Translations under genes and position numbers: made by a program
Shown here: positions 50,765-64,000 of the stretch, in pieces
How the letters are laid out: every line of letters starts with the position of its first letter
Position numbering within the stretch: the first letter of the stretch is position 1
Assembly: GCA_965235115.1 (NCBI GenBank)
Contig: OZ249437.1
Location: 35,650,001-35,714,000, forward strand
Reading direction: 5' to 3'
Origin: Laetmonice hystrix
Taxonomy: Eukaryota
DNA length: 64,000 bases
The notes under the pieces: generated by a model
The model's input: the letters and a program-made list of their open reading frames with translations, nothing else
Told to the model about the DNA's origin: nothing
The model's database searches: none

Positions 50765-52916
50765 GGAGGCAGCACGCAGGTCTTTCATCTCCTCCCCCCG
50801 AGAGAACTCTCTCTCGTTTCCTCTGCCCCCTTCTAAAGTGACACATTGCAACAACAGATGTGTAGTTTCTCTTGTCAATCACGTCCTTTTCCACGACTTG
50901 AGATGTGAGCAACATTGCAACAAGAGAAGACGGGTTAAGATTTGGGATATAGTGTGATCGGATCTCAAAATGTTTCGCCTTATGTGGCGCAGGGTTCGAT
51001 TCACAACAACGCACAAAAAGGAAACGAAAAGACTCTTTTCTGCCGTTCAATATTCATTTCTCACGGAACTGGGGTGTCAGGAAAATAGTTCAACATTAAT
51101 CAGACAGGAACACTACCCTGGATATGAAACTAAAACATAAAGAGTAAAAGACACAAAGAAAAGAACCACTGGTGCATAATTACAGTCAAGTGAATTTCCT
51201 GGTAGGTGTTTGGGGTTTATTAGGATTATTTATTAGGATTTATTAGGTTTCAAACAAGCCGGGTTTGTTTTTGTTTTTTGGGGGGGGGGGATATACACCC
51301 CCCCCCCCGAAAAGTGTTTTTCCAATCCCCAGGCGGGTGTTGATGTAATAAGAAAATATTGGACCGTCCACTGATTCTATGACTGGTAGTGGAGAATTTG
51401 TTGTCAGGTTACCAGCTCTGTGTCTGCGATACGGAATGTTCATGTAGTCGGACAGACAGATGAGTGCCTGTCAGAGAGTTTGCTGGCACCTGTCTCAGGG
51501 CCATTAGCCTATCAGCCGCTACGCTATGAGACGGTCGGCCACGACTCGGCGCTGTGGGCGTAGTCTCCATCTCCAATAGCAACCGGCAACTGGAAGGAAT
51601 TCTCACATAATTCAGGACTGAAGACAAGTCACCGTCAATATTTTATGGCTGTTCGAAGATAATATTGACCACTTTAACGCACTGATGCCATCTTAATTCG
51701 GTGTTGGTCGGAGTTATCCCACCCTGCATGCCTGCAGTCCCAACATCAATGTATTATCAGATAATCCCAAGAGGTCTGACTAATTACGTATCGAACATCG
51801 CAGCAGCCGTGATTAAATTATTTTTCTATATAAATAATAATTTCAAATCCTCGACCTGAATACTGCCCGTGTAATTCAACACTCCCGCATCTAAAAGAAT
51901 CAAGCGCCCGAGATATGTTTTTAACGGGATGTGAAAATTTCATAAATCTCATATTTAATTCAATTATTCGCGTTCTAAAAAGTTCCCAAAGCCCGGAGCA
52001 ATGTTTCTGAAAACTATCTGTTAAAAGAATACTTAAATTATGTCGGTTTAAGAGTGTCAGGAGGAAAAGGCTGCCTTGCCTTAGTATGCCGGCTGGCGGC
52101 CCACACGACTTCTCTCATGGAGGGCGCCATCCAGCATAGCGTGCATCGCTCCAGCTGATCATTTCACGATCAATGCCAACAACCCCGGCTAAGACAGGGA
52201 GGGGATGATAAAAGAAAATACAAAACGACAGCTTCACTGAATGAGCCGCATGCAATGAGATAAACATCCAGACTATCGACCCTTTCCTCACTCCATCAAT
52301 AAACCAATAGCTGGAGGCCACAGTCTAACCCATAGCAAGCAGCAAACCCCCCACTACTACTGCTGCCGCCGACTCCCATCTTCACTGGGAAAGATGTCTG
52401 AGTAATGATAGTAAACTTTCCTCGCTTCAACTACACGTCAACCGAATATCGCAACGAGTTCGGAGGATTTGACATATAAATCGCAATTCGAGATTTGGTG
52501 TCACACTTTGGATATTATTATTCGTCACCCAAACAGTTTAATTTTAAGAAGGCGTAATAATGTGACGTTCACTAGAAGGTAATTGTGGTGTTGTGCACAA
52601 GACGTTCATATTTCCAGGAAGACGCTCGTTACATGATGTTGGCGCCAGAAAACCCTGTGTTCGAATATCTATTCGCAAACAATATTCTCAGATTCTCAGA
52701 AAGCTCTTTTTTCAAGTTATATTAGTGCAGTACATGAAAAAGGAGCGTAGAAAAATGGATTTTTATCAATCCAAGTCGGTATCATCACTTTGATCCGTCA
52801 AATTCCCTTTTATATTTCTATAGGATTGGGTTTTTTTTACCTGTACTTGGTGCTGCTGAAAGGTCAGCCGTCCCAGTGACCTTCTCTGGAGCCTGGTCAC
52901 CTTAGCTTGGCCCCAA

Positions 52917-53004
52917 TCACCACCGATACGTGTCAAACCTTGGGTTTTCCTTCACCCCAGTCACCACCGATACGTGTCAAACCTTGGGTTTTCCTTGACC
53001 CCAG
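52917..53004. repeat. Tandem duplication, 44 bp x2
   Basis: TCACCACCGATACGTGTCAAACCTTGGGTTTTCCTT(C/G)ACCCCAG at 52917 and 52961. Confidence 0.92.
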
Positions 53005-56000
53005 GTCAGCGTGAACTGGTAGTCGCCCACCTACTAACCCCGGGGTTCAAGTTGGGGGGGGGGGGGGGTCCCCTTCCAACAGTTTACACGTCGGCATTCG
53101 AGTGGTGTATTTACCAAAATGGAAATCAGCTGGAAATGGCTCCAAGAAATATGTCAGCCAAGTGTTGCTCTGGGAATGTTGCTGGTTGTTGTTAGGACTG
53201 TTTTTATACACATAATCATGCCAGCCTCCAAGGCAACACAAACTAATTACCAAATCTCATCAAGGTAAAGATATCGGCCGAGTGGTCTCGTCAGAGATTT
53301 CTGATTGCAGGACCTTTAAGATACCCAAGTGTTAATGTCCAGGCAGTCTACCAGCTCCGCATGAAATATCGATGAGCAAAACTGGGGAATAGCACCTCTG
53401 TGGTTTGTTTCTTCAATCACTTTAAAATCTCTCAATTTTGGGGAAATATCCCTTGACTTTCCTTGGTGGTAGTTATTACCTCATGGAGTGCGAGGATGTG
53501 CGGGGCGTGAGACCGAGACTTGGGAGCCGCTTCACGCCTCTGTCGGCTCGTTCATCTTGGAGCTGGACCCTTCTGTGTCCTGTCTTCTTGATCAAGTCAC
53601 GGCCTGCTCACTGAATCAACATCCATCAAATCAGTCTGTCTGAGGACGGCAATACCACTACAAGGACGACACCCTGCCTCCTACACTGCCCACCCACGCT
53701 CTCTCCCCCTCGCAGTTCTCCCCAGACCCCTTTCATTGTCGCCCTCTGCATGCTCAGGACGGTCCAGGAACGTGCTTGGAAACCGCGCGCGTTCAGTTCC
53801 CCGGCTAATTTGGGTGCCAGATTTTCCAAGCACGTCTTTCACGTCAATTCTTGAAATGCTTCGACTTAGGCCAGCTGGCCGGTTGAACTGTTCCGAGAGG
53901 CCAGTCGTAACGGCCGAGTAGATACAGATTCCTTCAGATCATAGGCACAGAATGCACACATGTTAATTAAAAGGACCATAATGAGGTAACGCGATATTCT
54001 TCTTCGACCCCTATGGCAGTTTCTTATTTTTATTTTTGTCTAAGCCGCTATATTTATACCTGTTTTTGGAATGAAAGATTGATGAAACCGAAGGCCAGGA
54101 AGGCACTGCCTTGGGCCCATACAACTGCTTTGGTATTATTAGATCTCAGGGCAGGAAACCTGCTAAAGGTACCGACTCGGTGCGAACAAACACAGCCCAC
54201 AGTTACTCCTACTTTAGCGCCATTCCCATGGCTTCGGCGACAAAACGTGACCCTAGCACGAATCCTTTACCAAGAGGGAAAAAACAAGCCATCCATTCCT
54301 GAAATCTTCCTGTGAACGGGCAAGAGTTCAGCAGAGCCTTTAACGGACGCTCCGTGTTTCCGTTACCGTCCCTCCGGGGTCAAAACGATGTCTGAGACAT
54401 CGGCGTACATCCGGGACACCTGCAGGGGACATCTTTACAGCTTCCGGCCCACCAGGGTTCTGTTAAAGGTGAGGTCTGACATCCGATACCCTCATAGAGA
54501 ATTTGTCTTAGCTATTTTCTCTACACATAATACCTGATTCATGGTCGAGCCATATTCCCAGGCCATGACCCACTAGTGAAGGGTCTGGGCCATGGCACGA
54601 GGAAGAAAAGATATGAAATACTTCCGTGAATTTCAACTCTTAAGACAGCAGCACTGAAAACAGATGTTGAGTAACCCTGTAATATGTGTAAGGATTCTAG
54701 AAGGGGAGAAACATATTGATATGTCATCATAAATAACACCCAAAAAAAGGAATTGTAAATAGGGTCCCACACACTTTTATTGCGACTAACCGATGTGAAC
54801 CAACAATCGGCGCTGGTCAAGTGGGCGTTTAGACGATTGATGCTGGCCTTCAACGTGAATGACCTTTTCCATCCATCACATTTGGATCGATTTGCTTGGA
54901 GGCCTGACCGATTCGGAGGATCGGTCCGGTTCAATCCTGGGCAAATTTGGTGTGAAACATCAGTGGGATTAAAGCGCGACATTAGCCCGACCGGCTCGGG
55001 CCCTCCCCTCGCAAACACCTCTGTCAAACGGTACACAGTGTAATAAATCAACTCGGCTACCCCGCACTGCTGTCCGCTGGAAATCAATAAGTCAACCATT
55101 CACCTTTACTTATCAGAATTGATACAGCAACATGAAGCCGTACGTTGCTTTTACTGACAGGTTTTATTGAGTGGGTAAATAGCTTCTTAAATACGGCGCG
55201 CTATGATCAGAATATTTCAAAAGCCAAAGACCGCCACCATATTGCAGTCAACAAGAGTATCCACCCGACGCTTGGAAACCTGCAAAACAGGAAGTCATCG
55301 ACGGAGAGTTGATGCCCTGGTTGGCATGTATAAGTAGAGAATGATTTGACATCAATACAGTATACAGATAGCAGCCGGTGCCATGTCGGTCATAGACGGC
55401 AGTTCTTTTAAATAAACCGACGTCGCACGCAATCCCAATGACAAGAGTCATAATACAAACTTTCGGCTACTTCTATAGTATCCTAGTATCGCTCTGCTAT
55501 CCAACTTTGAAGTTTAACAGTGAGTACCACATTGTAGACCAGTAAAGGTTTGACTTGATGCACAGTCGGTTATCTACGCTGTACTGGACTACCCCGAATT
55601 CATGTAATCCAATTAACACGAGAGAATCAAACTAATCTGAGTCCCTGTCTATAAATTTACTCATTATTAGTTAGACTGGTAAGTGAAGCTACAATTTTAA
55701 CGCTCATGCTCCTTGAAGCTCCGCCGTTGCCGCTCGCTGCAGCAGGGGAGTGAACCCGTGCCAAATTCTTCCCTCCTTTTCTTCCTTTCATCTGTCTTCA
55801 TTACTACATTTTCCTTGTTTTCAATGTTGTCTCCTTTAATTTCCTGCCACATGCTGGTGTGTCTGGTTTGCACGCAAACCTCTCCAGCCAGGCTTTACTT
55901 AGAGAACAGAAGGCTGCTGTTGGCAAACACTAACAGAACACAGCTAATTTCCCTACTCCCTTCCCCAGACAAACATATGAGCGAGACCAAAGCCGATAAG

Positions 56001-59000
56001 ACAAAGCAAACGGCGCGGCGGACAGGCCGTACTGCCTGTCGGCTGAAGGCTATTTAAGGGGGGAAGTCTGGACGCGGGCCCAGGTGTTATTGGTGGTCGG
56101 GTGATGACCTTGGAGGGCAACGCCTGAAGACATCGGTCGAGGGGTCAGCAAGGTCGTCGTCCAGGGTCTAGCAGATTTCCGTCTGGTCTAGAGGCCTCCA
56201 AGAACATAGTCTTGTGACAGTCTATGGTCGGTGTTCTCCTTTCACCACGACGGTTTTCCGAGACCAGATGGAGTATAGTTAGGCAACACTTCAGTAAATC
56301 AATCTAAGTGACACTGTATCATAGAGAGAAATGATCGTATCCCTGAGATAAACCTAGATGAACTGGATATGTATTGACCTGTATGGCTGGTCAAAACGTT
56401 CGTGTCGTGAGCTTTGGTTGAGGGGCGTTTTAACACGAATCTGACAAACCCGGTCTCGACAATCAAAGCCTGCGCGAGAGACCATGATATTGACCGGCGG
56501 AGACTTTCCTGGGGTTTTCAGTCCGTGTCACATCGCTATACCATGACACCTGCGTTAGGTTTGAATGTATGGCCGACCTAAAAACCGACGTTAGCGACAA
56601 ACTTGTACATGGGTATCTGAAGGCGTCAAAGTATGTTACGCCTACGTCGTGTTGCTAAACAAGTCAGGTCAATGATCCTGCCGTTTCGTAAGGACTCTGG
56701 CCTGGAAGCCATTTCAATTAAACACTTTTATAAGGCCTCTGAACAATTCTAATATCTGACCACCATTTCATGACACGAAAATTCTTCAAATGAGTTTACT
56801 AAGTTGGCCCGATTCACCCCAGCCATTTAATTGGAATTTAGTAATATTAATTTCCTCAGTCTCGGCATGGTTTTCCTGCAAGAAAGGCAATGACACAAGG
56901 GCAGGAGTGCTGGCCCCTCAAAGTCAAAGGCCGTCGCCCACCTCCTGTCCACCTCTATTGAAGGCAGTCCGGCACACTCTCCATGCAATCCGTGACGTGT
57001 TTGCGGAACTCACCCTTCAATAGGCATTCTATGGGAGCTCATGAGTTCGCTTTATTGAGCGATCTGGGCCATTAACTCTGCCCGGGCTTCTTACTGTTTT
57101 GGCTGCATGGAGAAATGATGGGAGTCTGGCTCCCTTGGCAGAGATTCATTCAGTCGGTGTATTGTCAGGTCAATATATTGCGGCTCACTGGAGACAGCGA
57201 ACATGGCCCAGGCTCAGGGTCCTGTGGACTTGCCGGCGGCTCCACTATGTCCCGGAGTAGATGGGCAAAGAGGCGCCATGAAATTCTCTATTTACCAAGC
57301 TAATGCTATCATGCTCCGAGCGGACGAGTTGTTGACAGCAATACGTCTCTATAAATAGAGCATTTTGAGCCATGATCGTAGTTAAAAATACCCCCACTCT
57401 CGGGCTCATCAAATTCTCTTCCAAGACTGAGCTCGGAGAGTTGAATAATGGCCGTAATTACCAACTGCCAACAACATGCCGTTTCACGATGAACCAAGCT
57501 GACAACGATAAACTTCCTTCAAGCATGTTGAAGATTACCAGTTACGTATCGTTCCCACTGTAGTTGATCACGGTTCACATTGGATTAGGATGATAATCTT
57601 ACCAAGACAATGAGATCTAAGTCCAGGCTGTCTGACGTACCAACAAAAGATCTATAGAACCCGTTCGATGTCAGCCATAGATCTATACGTATCTCGCCAT
57701 TTCCACTGAGTTACTGCTCTTCTTGCCTAGCAAACGCACGTCCACACACACAAAAAAAACTCCCATAATTACTTCATTTTCTTGTACTTTCATCCTCATT
57801 CCCCGCACTCGTTAGAATCAGCTCCCCAATTTCCATCTTATTATTTTGTCTTATGTCTGCTAATATTTTCTAGAGCCATACGTGGGATTTATGCCTTATT
57901 ACAGAATATATTCTTGTCTCATCCTGTGTATAACAGGCCTCAAGAGGACCAGATGACAGTAACATTACTGTCAGACTAAATATGTACGAGTCTTGCATGG
58001 CGGCGGTGGGTGTTACACCGCAGCTATTATATCCCATCACAAAGACAGCAACAACCACCCGAGTACTGTCAACAACTGCCCAGGAAACAAGACACAAAAC
58101 GAAGCCAAACCCATTTTAAGGGACGCTCAGCAGTTTCTGGATACAGTAGCTGCACGTTTCTCCCGCCGTTTTTAGTTTTTAGTCATCTACATGATATTCG
58201 AAATCAGCGCGAGCTTGGGAAATTAACCATTGGGGTAGAACCGTGAAAGGATTTATATCCTTCACTTGTGAATCCACCGCAAAGCAGCATGACTTTAACA
58301 ACGACTTCAATGATAGCGCTGTGTACTGGCCATAATGAAACCTCAGAAGTAGGAAATTTACACCATGACTTTTTCATGAGCAAACTGAACAAAAACACAG
58401 AAAGGCAGAACACATAAGCTGATGACACTGGTTAAAGTTATGATAAAAGTGCAATATTCATATGCAGGTCGACTTTCGGCAGGTTTTATTCTGAATGTGG
58501 TGGATCGAATATTGCGATACTCTGAGACTTCTGGCAGAGTAAGCTGTTAGTCTGCGATGGTGAGTTACACATTCGAAGGTCCTGCATCATAGCACGTGTC
58601 TAATTGGACAACCGATGCAATCCAGCAAGGTTCTATCCAAGTACATGTCCAACTCGGCACTGGCCAACACTGTATTCATTCTGCTGGCACTGTAGCTTAT
58701 CTGATGCAGACGTGACGATTTCACCATCGGAATAGACCAGAAAGAATGTGGACTTTGTAATCATTTTCCTGCTTGAACGGGTGGAAGGGAGGCATGTACA
58801 GTTGTAAATCTGTCATGTCCGGAAGTGTGGAAGTTTCCGCATGTAAAAGATGACAACTTTGTCCGTCACAGTGCTCTGTGCGATACTGCCAATCTGGTCT
58901 TCAGCCAATCCTTTTCACTGCGTTCTTCCAAAACTGAACAGGAAGCACAGATTTGGGCTTTGCCTTTTTTACAGGGCCTAAATTGGAGATGGAAGCGATT

Positions 59001-60965
59001 CTCTCTGACGTTCCAGAGTAGGGAATAAAACAGTATTGTAACGTTGCATGGCTGACCCCAACACCGAAGTCTGGCAAGAAACCTCCCAGCGCGAGGCTCG
59101 GATTACTCGCCTGCAAACACGCGATTCTAGCTATGTGCCAGTGTTCCTGTCAGCAGCTGTGCCTTGGCCCGCAGCAGCAGCAGCGACATGTCTACACATA
59201 CAACTCGCTGATAGGACCCCTTCCCCCAAAGGAAATCGTCCTGAAGGCATCAGTCAACCGCAATGACCCAGAATTAGGTGCCGCTTACCGCAGGCTTTCA
59301 AACCGTGGACATCCTAATGTGTCCCTCTTTGTCCGCAGTCAGCCCAAGATTACATTTCCCATTCACGGCATGGTGAGAATTAATGCGCTTGCCGGTATCT
59401 TGCGGCGCCTCTGATGACACCGCCGACCGGCTATGTCGACTGGAGTCGGGCGGGCGGTAAATAATGAAACCGTCACCTATCACCCACACCTCCCGGAATA
59501 CTGATTCCTCCAGGAACTCGGTCATCCGTCTCCTCTTGTCATGCTCGTCCTCCTGTCATAGTCCAGAGACCCGCCGCTACCCGCCACTCTCTACCGGTCG
59601 GCGGTCCCATGGCGTACTCCTGTGAGCTTCTCCACACCAATGTCACTCTTCAAACCTTATAGAAGTGGCAATCAGTGCGCCTAGGTCGTGTTCTAGTGGT
59701 GCTCTGATCGTTCTACGAGAAAATCATCATTGACATCACGTTCAATATCCCAAGTCCTATGTACAAACGACCGTTGGTAATAGATCTATCAGTATGAAGA
59801 GCATCGTAGTCACTTGGAAGGAAACTTGGCTCCTCCTTTGTATAACCCTTAAATGTGGCCGCCCCCTTACATGTCACCGGTTTTTCTTATTGCAGTAAAA
59901 AAAAAATGAGCCGGTAGGGACCTGCATTGTTCACTAACACAAGAAAGCAATTCGAGTGAACATGGCTGAGCTTTCTGAAATATCTGTATCTGAGAGTTCA
60001 GGCTTGCAGTCCTGACACACCAATTCATGACATAAAGGATCACCTGCCAAGTCTTGTCCCCAGTGTGATGGACCACCGACGTCCTCCTTAACCCACTACT
60101 CCTTACCTAATTCCTCATGAAACTCCAATCAAAGACCGCTTCAAATATGAAGCCTCTTTAATGGCCATTAAAATGGGGAAAATGACCTTATTTTATTTAC
60201 TTTTATTAAATTGTGAATTACAATAAACGCGGATGGCATAGAGATGGGTTTGCTGAGAGAACTTTCACCTACTGACAGAATTGGAAATGTCAGTTGAACC
60301 TTCACGGAGCCTTAATGTCTCTCGCCCTCTCCTGGTACTTGGTGAGAGCTTTAACGGAGACCTGATGTCACCAGGCCCCGGCCACCGGGCCCGCCGCTAA
60401 TGGCGCTGAGGTCTTCCTTTGTTCTCCCCTAGCTGTCGTCGTCGGCCGTCTGTGGCTGAATCAATGACAAACAGACAGGTAACCATCTCCCAAAGTGGGC
60501 CACCTGACTCTGGCTTCATGAACACACACACAGACCCGCACACACACCCACACATCAGGCCAATGGCTTCATACGGCCTACATAGCTTCACCTCTCCGCC
60601 ACCATTTCCTCCCGGGTAATTAATGAGGGTAGGGAGGGGGAGCACGTGTTTGGCGGTGGATGTCGCTCCGGGCGGGTAAATGCATGGCCACTCGGAGCAC
60701 AACTCTCCTGCCTCTGTACGAATGGCTCGCCATAGTTCACTCGGAGGCTGATTAGGGTGATGGCTTCAGTTTGGTGCCCGCTTCGTGCAGACAGGTGTGA
60801 AAGGCGGCCGAGGGGAAAAAAATCACAATTCAGCTTCGACATGAAGATAGTGTGCCAGCACGCAGAGAAACCTCACACCGCCTGTTTCTACAACCGTCGT
60901 TTTTATGGGGCTTAAATTGTGGAATCTGTTTCGGTTCCCGCAACCATTCCTCATGGCTATTACGT

Positions 60966-61110
60966 AACCAGCTGTGGTGACAGACTGCAACCATCACCCA
61001 TCTTTGTGGCTCTCATGTAAACAGCTGTAATGGCAGACTACAACCATGACCCATCTTCATGGTTCTTCTCCAACCAGCTGCAATGGTAGATTTACAACCG
61101 CGACCCATTA
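60966..61110. repeat. Old degenerate tandem repeat, 53-bp period, ~2.7 copies
   Basis: AA(C/A)CAGCTG..TGG.AGA.T.CAACC...ACCCAT recurs at 60966, 61019 and 61072. Confidence 0.7.
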
Positions 61111-62743
61111 CCAATATTGTTCGTGCTGCAAGTATCCGATGCTCCATGCTCGATCCTACACTTCATAAACATCTATCATCAGGCTACTTCCCCCGAGAAT
61201 GGACTAAAAACCTTAGACATCCATTCCCATCAGGTAAATGCTATCAACCAATTAAGGCCGTAGCAGAAAGCACGGCCAATTAGGCAAACATGGCACTTAA
61301 AGCAGATGGCCAAGATGACCTTAGTGTAATCACATGCTCAATTACTTCCCTGCATACACGACGGAAGGACCGAGGTATACTAGGATGTACACCTTTCACA
61401 TCCCATCTCTCGCTAACCTTACATACAGTATGGCTAATGGCAACTCACTTAATTCTTCAAATCAACAGGATATAACACAACAATGATGCATTACCCTATC
61501 AAAGGAGGCCGTCATCTAACCTATTGCAAGGAAGTATCACCTTTCTCTCTATAACGTTGATATCACCGAACCCATCAAATTATTTGCCAAGGAAGTAGAA
61601 ATATGGATTCCTCGCAGAAGCTCCTCAGAGCTCAAGACTGAGAGAGGGTTTTTTTATTTCGACTTTAGTGTGCCCCATCCCCCGTTATTTCGTGTGCACA
61701 TGTATCTCACATGTTAGATATATCAACATGATTGATTGTGGGCCACTGGTTCAATATTCGGTAGCGTCCTCGACGAAACAGGTCATATTCTAGTATATTT
61801 CCAGTCCGGCCTGTTCTACCTTCAGGGATGTACACAAAATCACGATTGGCGAAGCTTCATTCACCGGCACAAACCACAGAATAGAGACCTCACGTAAAAA
61901 GTGTGTCCAGTCGAGGAAAGTTACTCGTACATACGACATCGTTCTTGACAGGTCTTCAATTTCACTCCACCCCCCTGTAGTACGATAAGCGCACGTTTGA
62001 GGACAGTGTGGCTAATCGGTTTCCTTTTTTTTCTGTTTGGTATGTTTTCCGATACGCTATCGGCTATATAAAAAAGGGGAGTTAGTATTTGCCAACAGCT
62101 GCTCGCCGTTACTGGAGTCATTAGCAGGAGTTTGTGGCGGGGTTTTGAAGGTTTGTGGGTGATGCGCGGCGGAGAATGTAAGCAGCAGCAGCAGCAGCCG
62201 TGACTCTGAGGGCGATGGTCGATCCTACTATAGCGGCCGTTGATCATCTCCTGGGTCAGTGGCATAATGGTCGGCCTGCCTCCAGTTCGGTCATAAACTC
62301 CAGCCTCAAATGGCCTGCCTGGAGGACAGCTCCCCCTTTGTTATTACTTTGTGAATGGCCATCTATAATGTTTGGCATTCCATCCACACCGATGGCACGG
62401 GCCAGGGAAAGGGAACTCGGAGTGGTCCGAAATTTCTCCCTGTTATATTACAACCACACGACGCCTTAATCGCCTATTAAGGCACTGCTGGCCAGTCCAT
62501 ACATCAAGCTGTTCCCTGGGAATAGAACCATACATGCCTTTGGAGGAAATATCAGGAACCCAAGCAAAAATACGCAGTGAAAGTTGGAGTAGCACAGAGC
62601 GGACTATACGGACTGGGATTGGGGGGTTAGAGCCTCAGGGAGATCAAGGGCCAGTTTGGCTGTTGGTAGAACCGGAGGGTCGGGCAAAACCACCCACTTG
62701 CAGCAAGTAACCGAAACTTATTCACATCAAGTGAGATGTAGTT

Positions 62744-62785
62744 TGATCACGAGCCAAAGGCTTACACCACTAAGCTACCGCAGAC
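62744..62785 (-). pseudogene. 5' two-thirds of a tRNA-Thr(CGU)-like sequence (tRNA pseudogene or SINE head)
   Basis: Minus strand GCGG-TA-GCTT-AGTGGTGT-AAGC-C-TTTGG-CTCGTGA-TCAAA has an A-box TAGCTTAGTGG, a perfect 4-bp D-stem, and a 5-bp anticodon stem with a CU-CGU-GA loop. No B-box/T-arm follows. Confidence 0.5.
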
Positions 62786-64000
62786 CCCCAACCTCCAGGA
62801 AAGACTGCTTTATTTGGTACGTATTACGGTCTTAAAGCTACAGTGAAATGCTGTGTGTGTTTCCTGGCACAGTCAGAGACAGCCGACTTGACAGTGGTGT
62901 TAGAAGACCAGACCTCACCCCTGAGTTTGCATGCCTGTCTAGATGCCTGCTATAGGTGAGCAGGTGCGCCAGGATACAGACTACATGCCCTTCTGCAATA
63001 AGCCACTGGAGAGTTCCCTATTGGGCGCACATTTTATGATGATTAAAGCCATGTCAGGAGGTACGTTTTGTGCAATCGAAGATCCGTGTAAGAGTTTGGC
63101 GAGGTTGAATAACAATGTCAAATGTACCGATGATGATGTGGCCTTACGTCTCAGGTGGCTTAAAAGTGCTGTTTCAGTCCTGCTGGCTGCTATAGCCTTG
63201 GGGTATGAAAGGGATATCCTACCTCTCTGGTACGAACCTTGAGAATTCCGAAACACTATCCTCACCTGAAAAATACGAAAAAAACATGATTTAGGTAATT
63301 TACGCCGCTTCTAATAGAATGATTTGTGAGAAGTTAACAAGGATGAATAATTTACGACGGTGCGCAAACATATAATATATTTGCATATTTTCCCAAAGGC
63401 CTACTCATGGAATTCTATGTCGACCATTTATCCAATATGTGTAGCGTATCCATATATCAAACCTGTAACAGCAGCACCAGATACCATAAATCTTCTTCAC
63501 CAATACTGCTAATCTCAGAGGAAATTCTGGCACTGGTGCAAGGATACATGACAAGTAAAGAACGTGTTGATTCGGTCCTTACAAATCATTATTTGGCGGG
63601 GCAGTATGCCCACATGTAGTGTAACTCTAATGGTTGTATATAGCCGGCGGTGGCTGTCTATAGCATCCTGTCATATTGTTGGTACCGCACGTCTTCTGGC
63701 GTCTAATTTTCGGGTTTGTCCAGACAGAAGATATTCATTACGGTAGCTTAGTATTTTCCGAACTGGATCAAACTGGATTATTGCTTAAGTCGCGTGGCTA
63801 AAACATACGGTAGCAGTGACTCATCTGACTATAAAAAAAAATACTTACTTTTTACAACACGCTAATGAAAAAATCTTTTTCCATTTTTTTTTCATTGATA
63901 TTCTACCTGTCGATGTATCAACACAGAACACAGCTACTTTCAAATATCAGATTTGGATATTATTAGCGTACACAAACACACTTCGCGATCCACGTCCAAC

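Noticed and set aside
50940-51005. GGGTTCGATTC B-box suggesting a tRNA
   Set aside because: There is no cloverleaf or acceptor stem, and the A-box is poor. At most it is a very decayed SINE.
55580-56313. Minus-strand solo LTR (TGTCAC...CCAGTACA with CCAAT and TTAAATAG)
   Set aside because: Flanks do not form a TSD, and no PBS/PPT or second copy is present in the window.
59411-59470. Hammerhead-like CTGATGA...GAAA (also ~1855-1900 on the minus strand)
   Set aside because: Stem II is not adjacent to GAAA or is mispaired, and stems I/III cannot be completed.
59440-59525. SGNH-hydrolase-like EVWVIGDGFII on the minus strand
   Set aside because: The catalytic Ser is absent (GDG), and no later SGNH blocks are present.
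62943-63242. RdRp motif-E-like GG...DPCKSLARL in the 99-aa ORF
   Set aside because: There is no GDD or motif A/B upstream in any frame. The resemblance is too short to support.

Overview
This looks like eukaryotic, most likely marine-invertebrate, genomic DNA with no intact protein-coding gene that I can recognise. The host guess is inferred from the repeat families, frequent poly-G/C tracts and TAGGCCTA/TACATGTA words. The window is dominated by non-autonomous DNA transposons with readable ends: two TA-flanked Tc1/mariner-type MITEs, a TTAA-flanked piggyBac-like element nested inside a PIF/Harbinger derivative that still carries a transposase fragment, a TTAA-flanked Kolobok-like MITE, and a Helentron-type (HINE/Pearl-like) element. 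There is also a 4.6-kb element with ~420-bp near-identical terminal inverted repeats (TIRs) ending in a perfect 28-bp-arm hairpin. Six unrelated minisatellite arrays (61, 76, 41, 40, 39 and 15 bp units) lie between 23.7 and 50 kb. I also see a decayed L1/Tx1-like endonuclease and a tRNA-Thr-like half gene. Most ORF-track entries are short chance ORFs or repeat read-throughs. The DNA between repeats often reads like decayed intronless coding sequence, with one PolB-exonuclease-like motif, but I cannot confirm an endogenous-virus origin by eye. No CRISPR array, rRNA or intact tRNA was found. The best lead is the long-TIR hairpin-ended element at 32352-36955 and its cargo.
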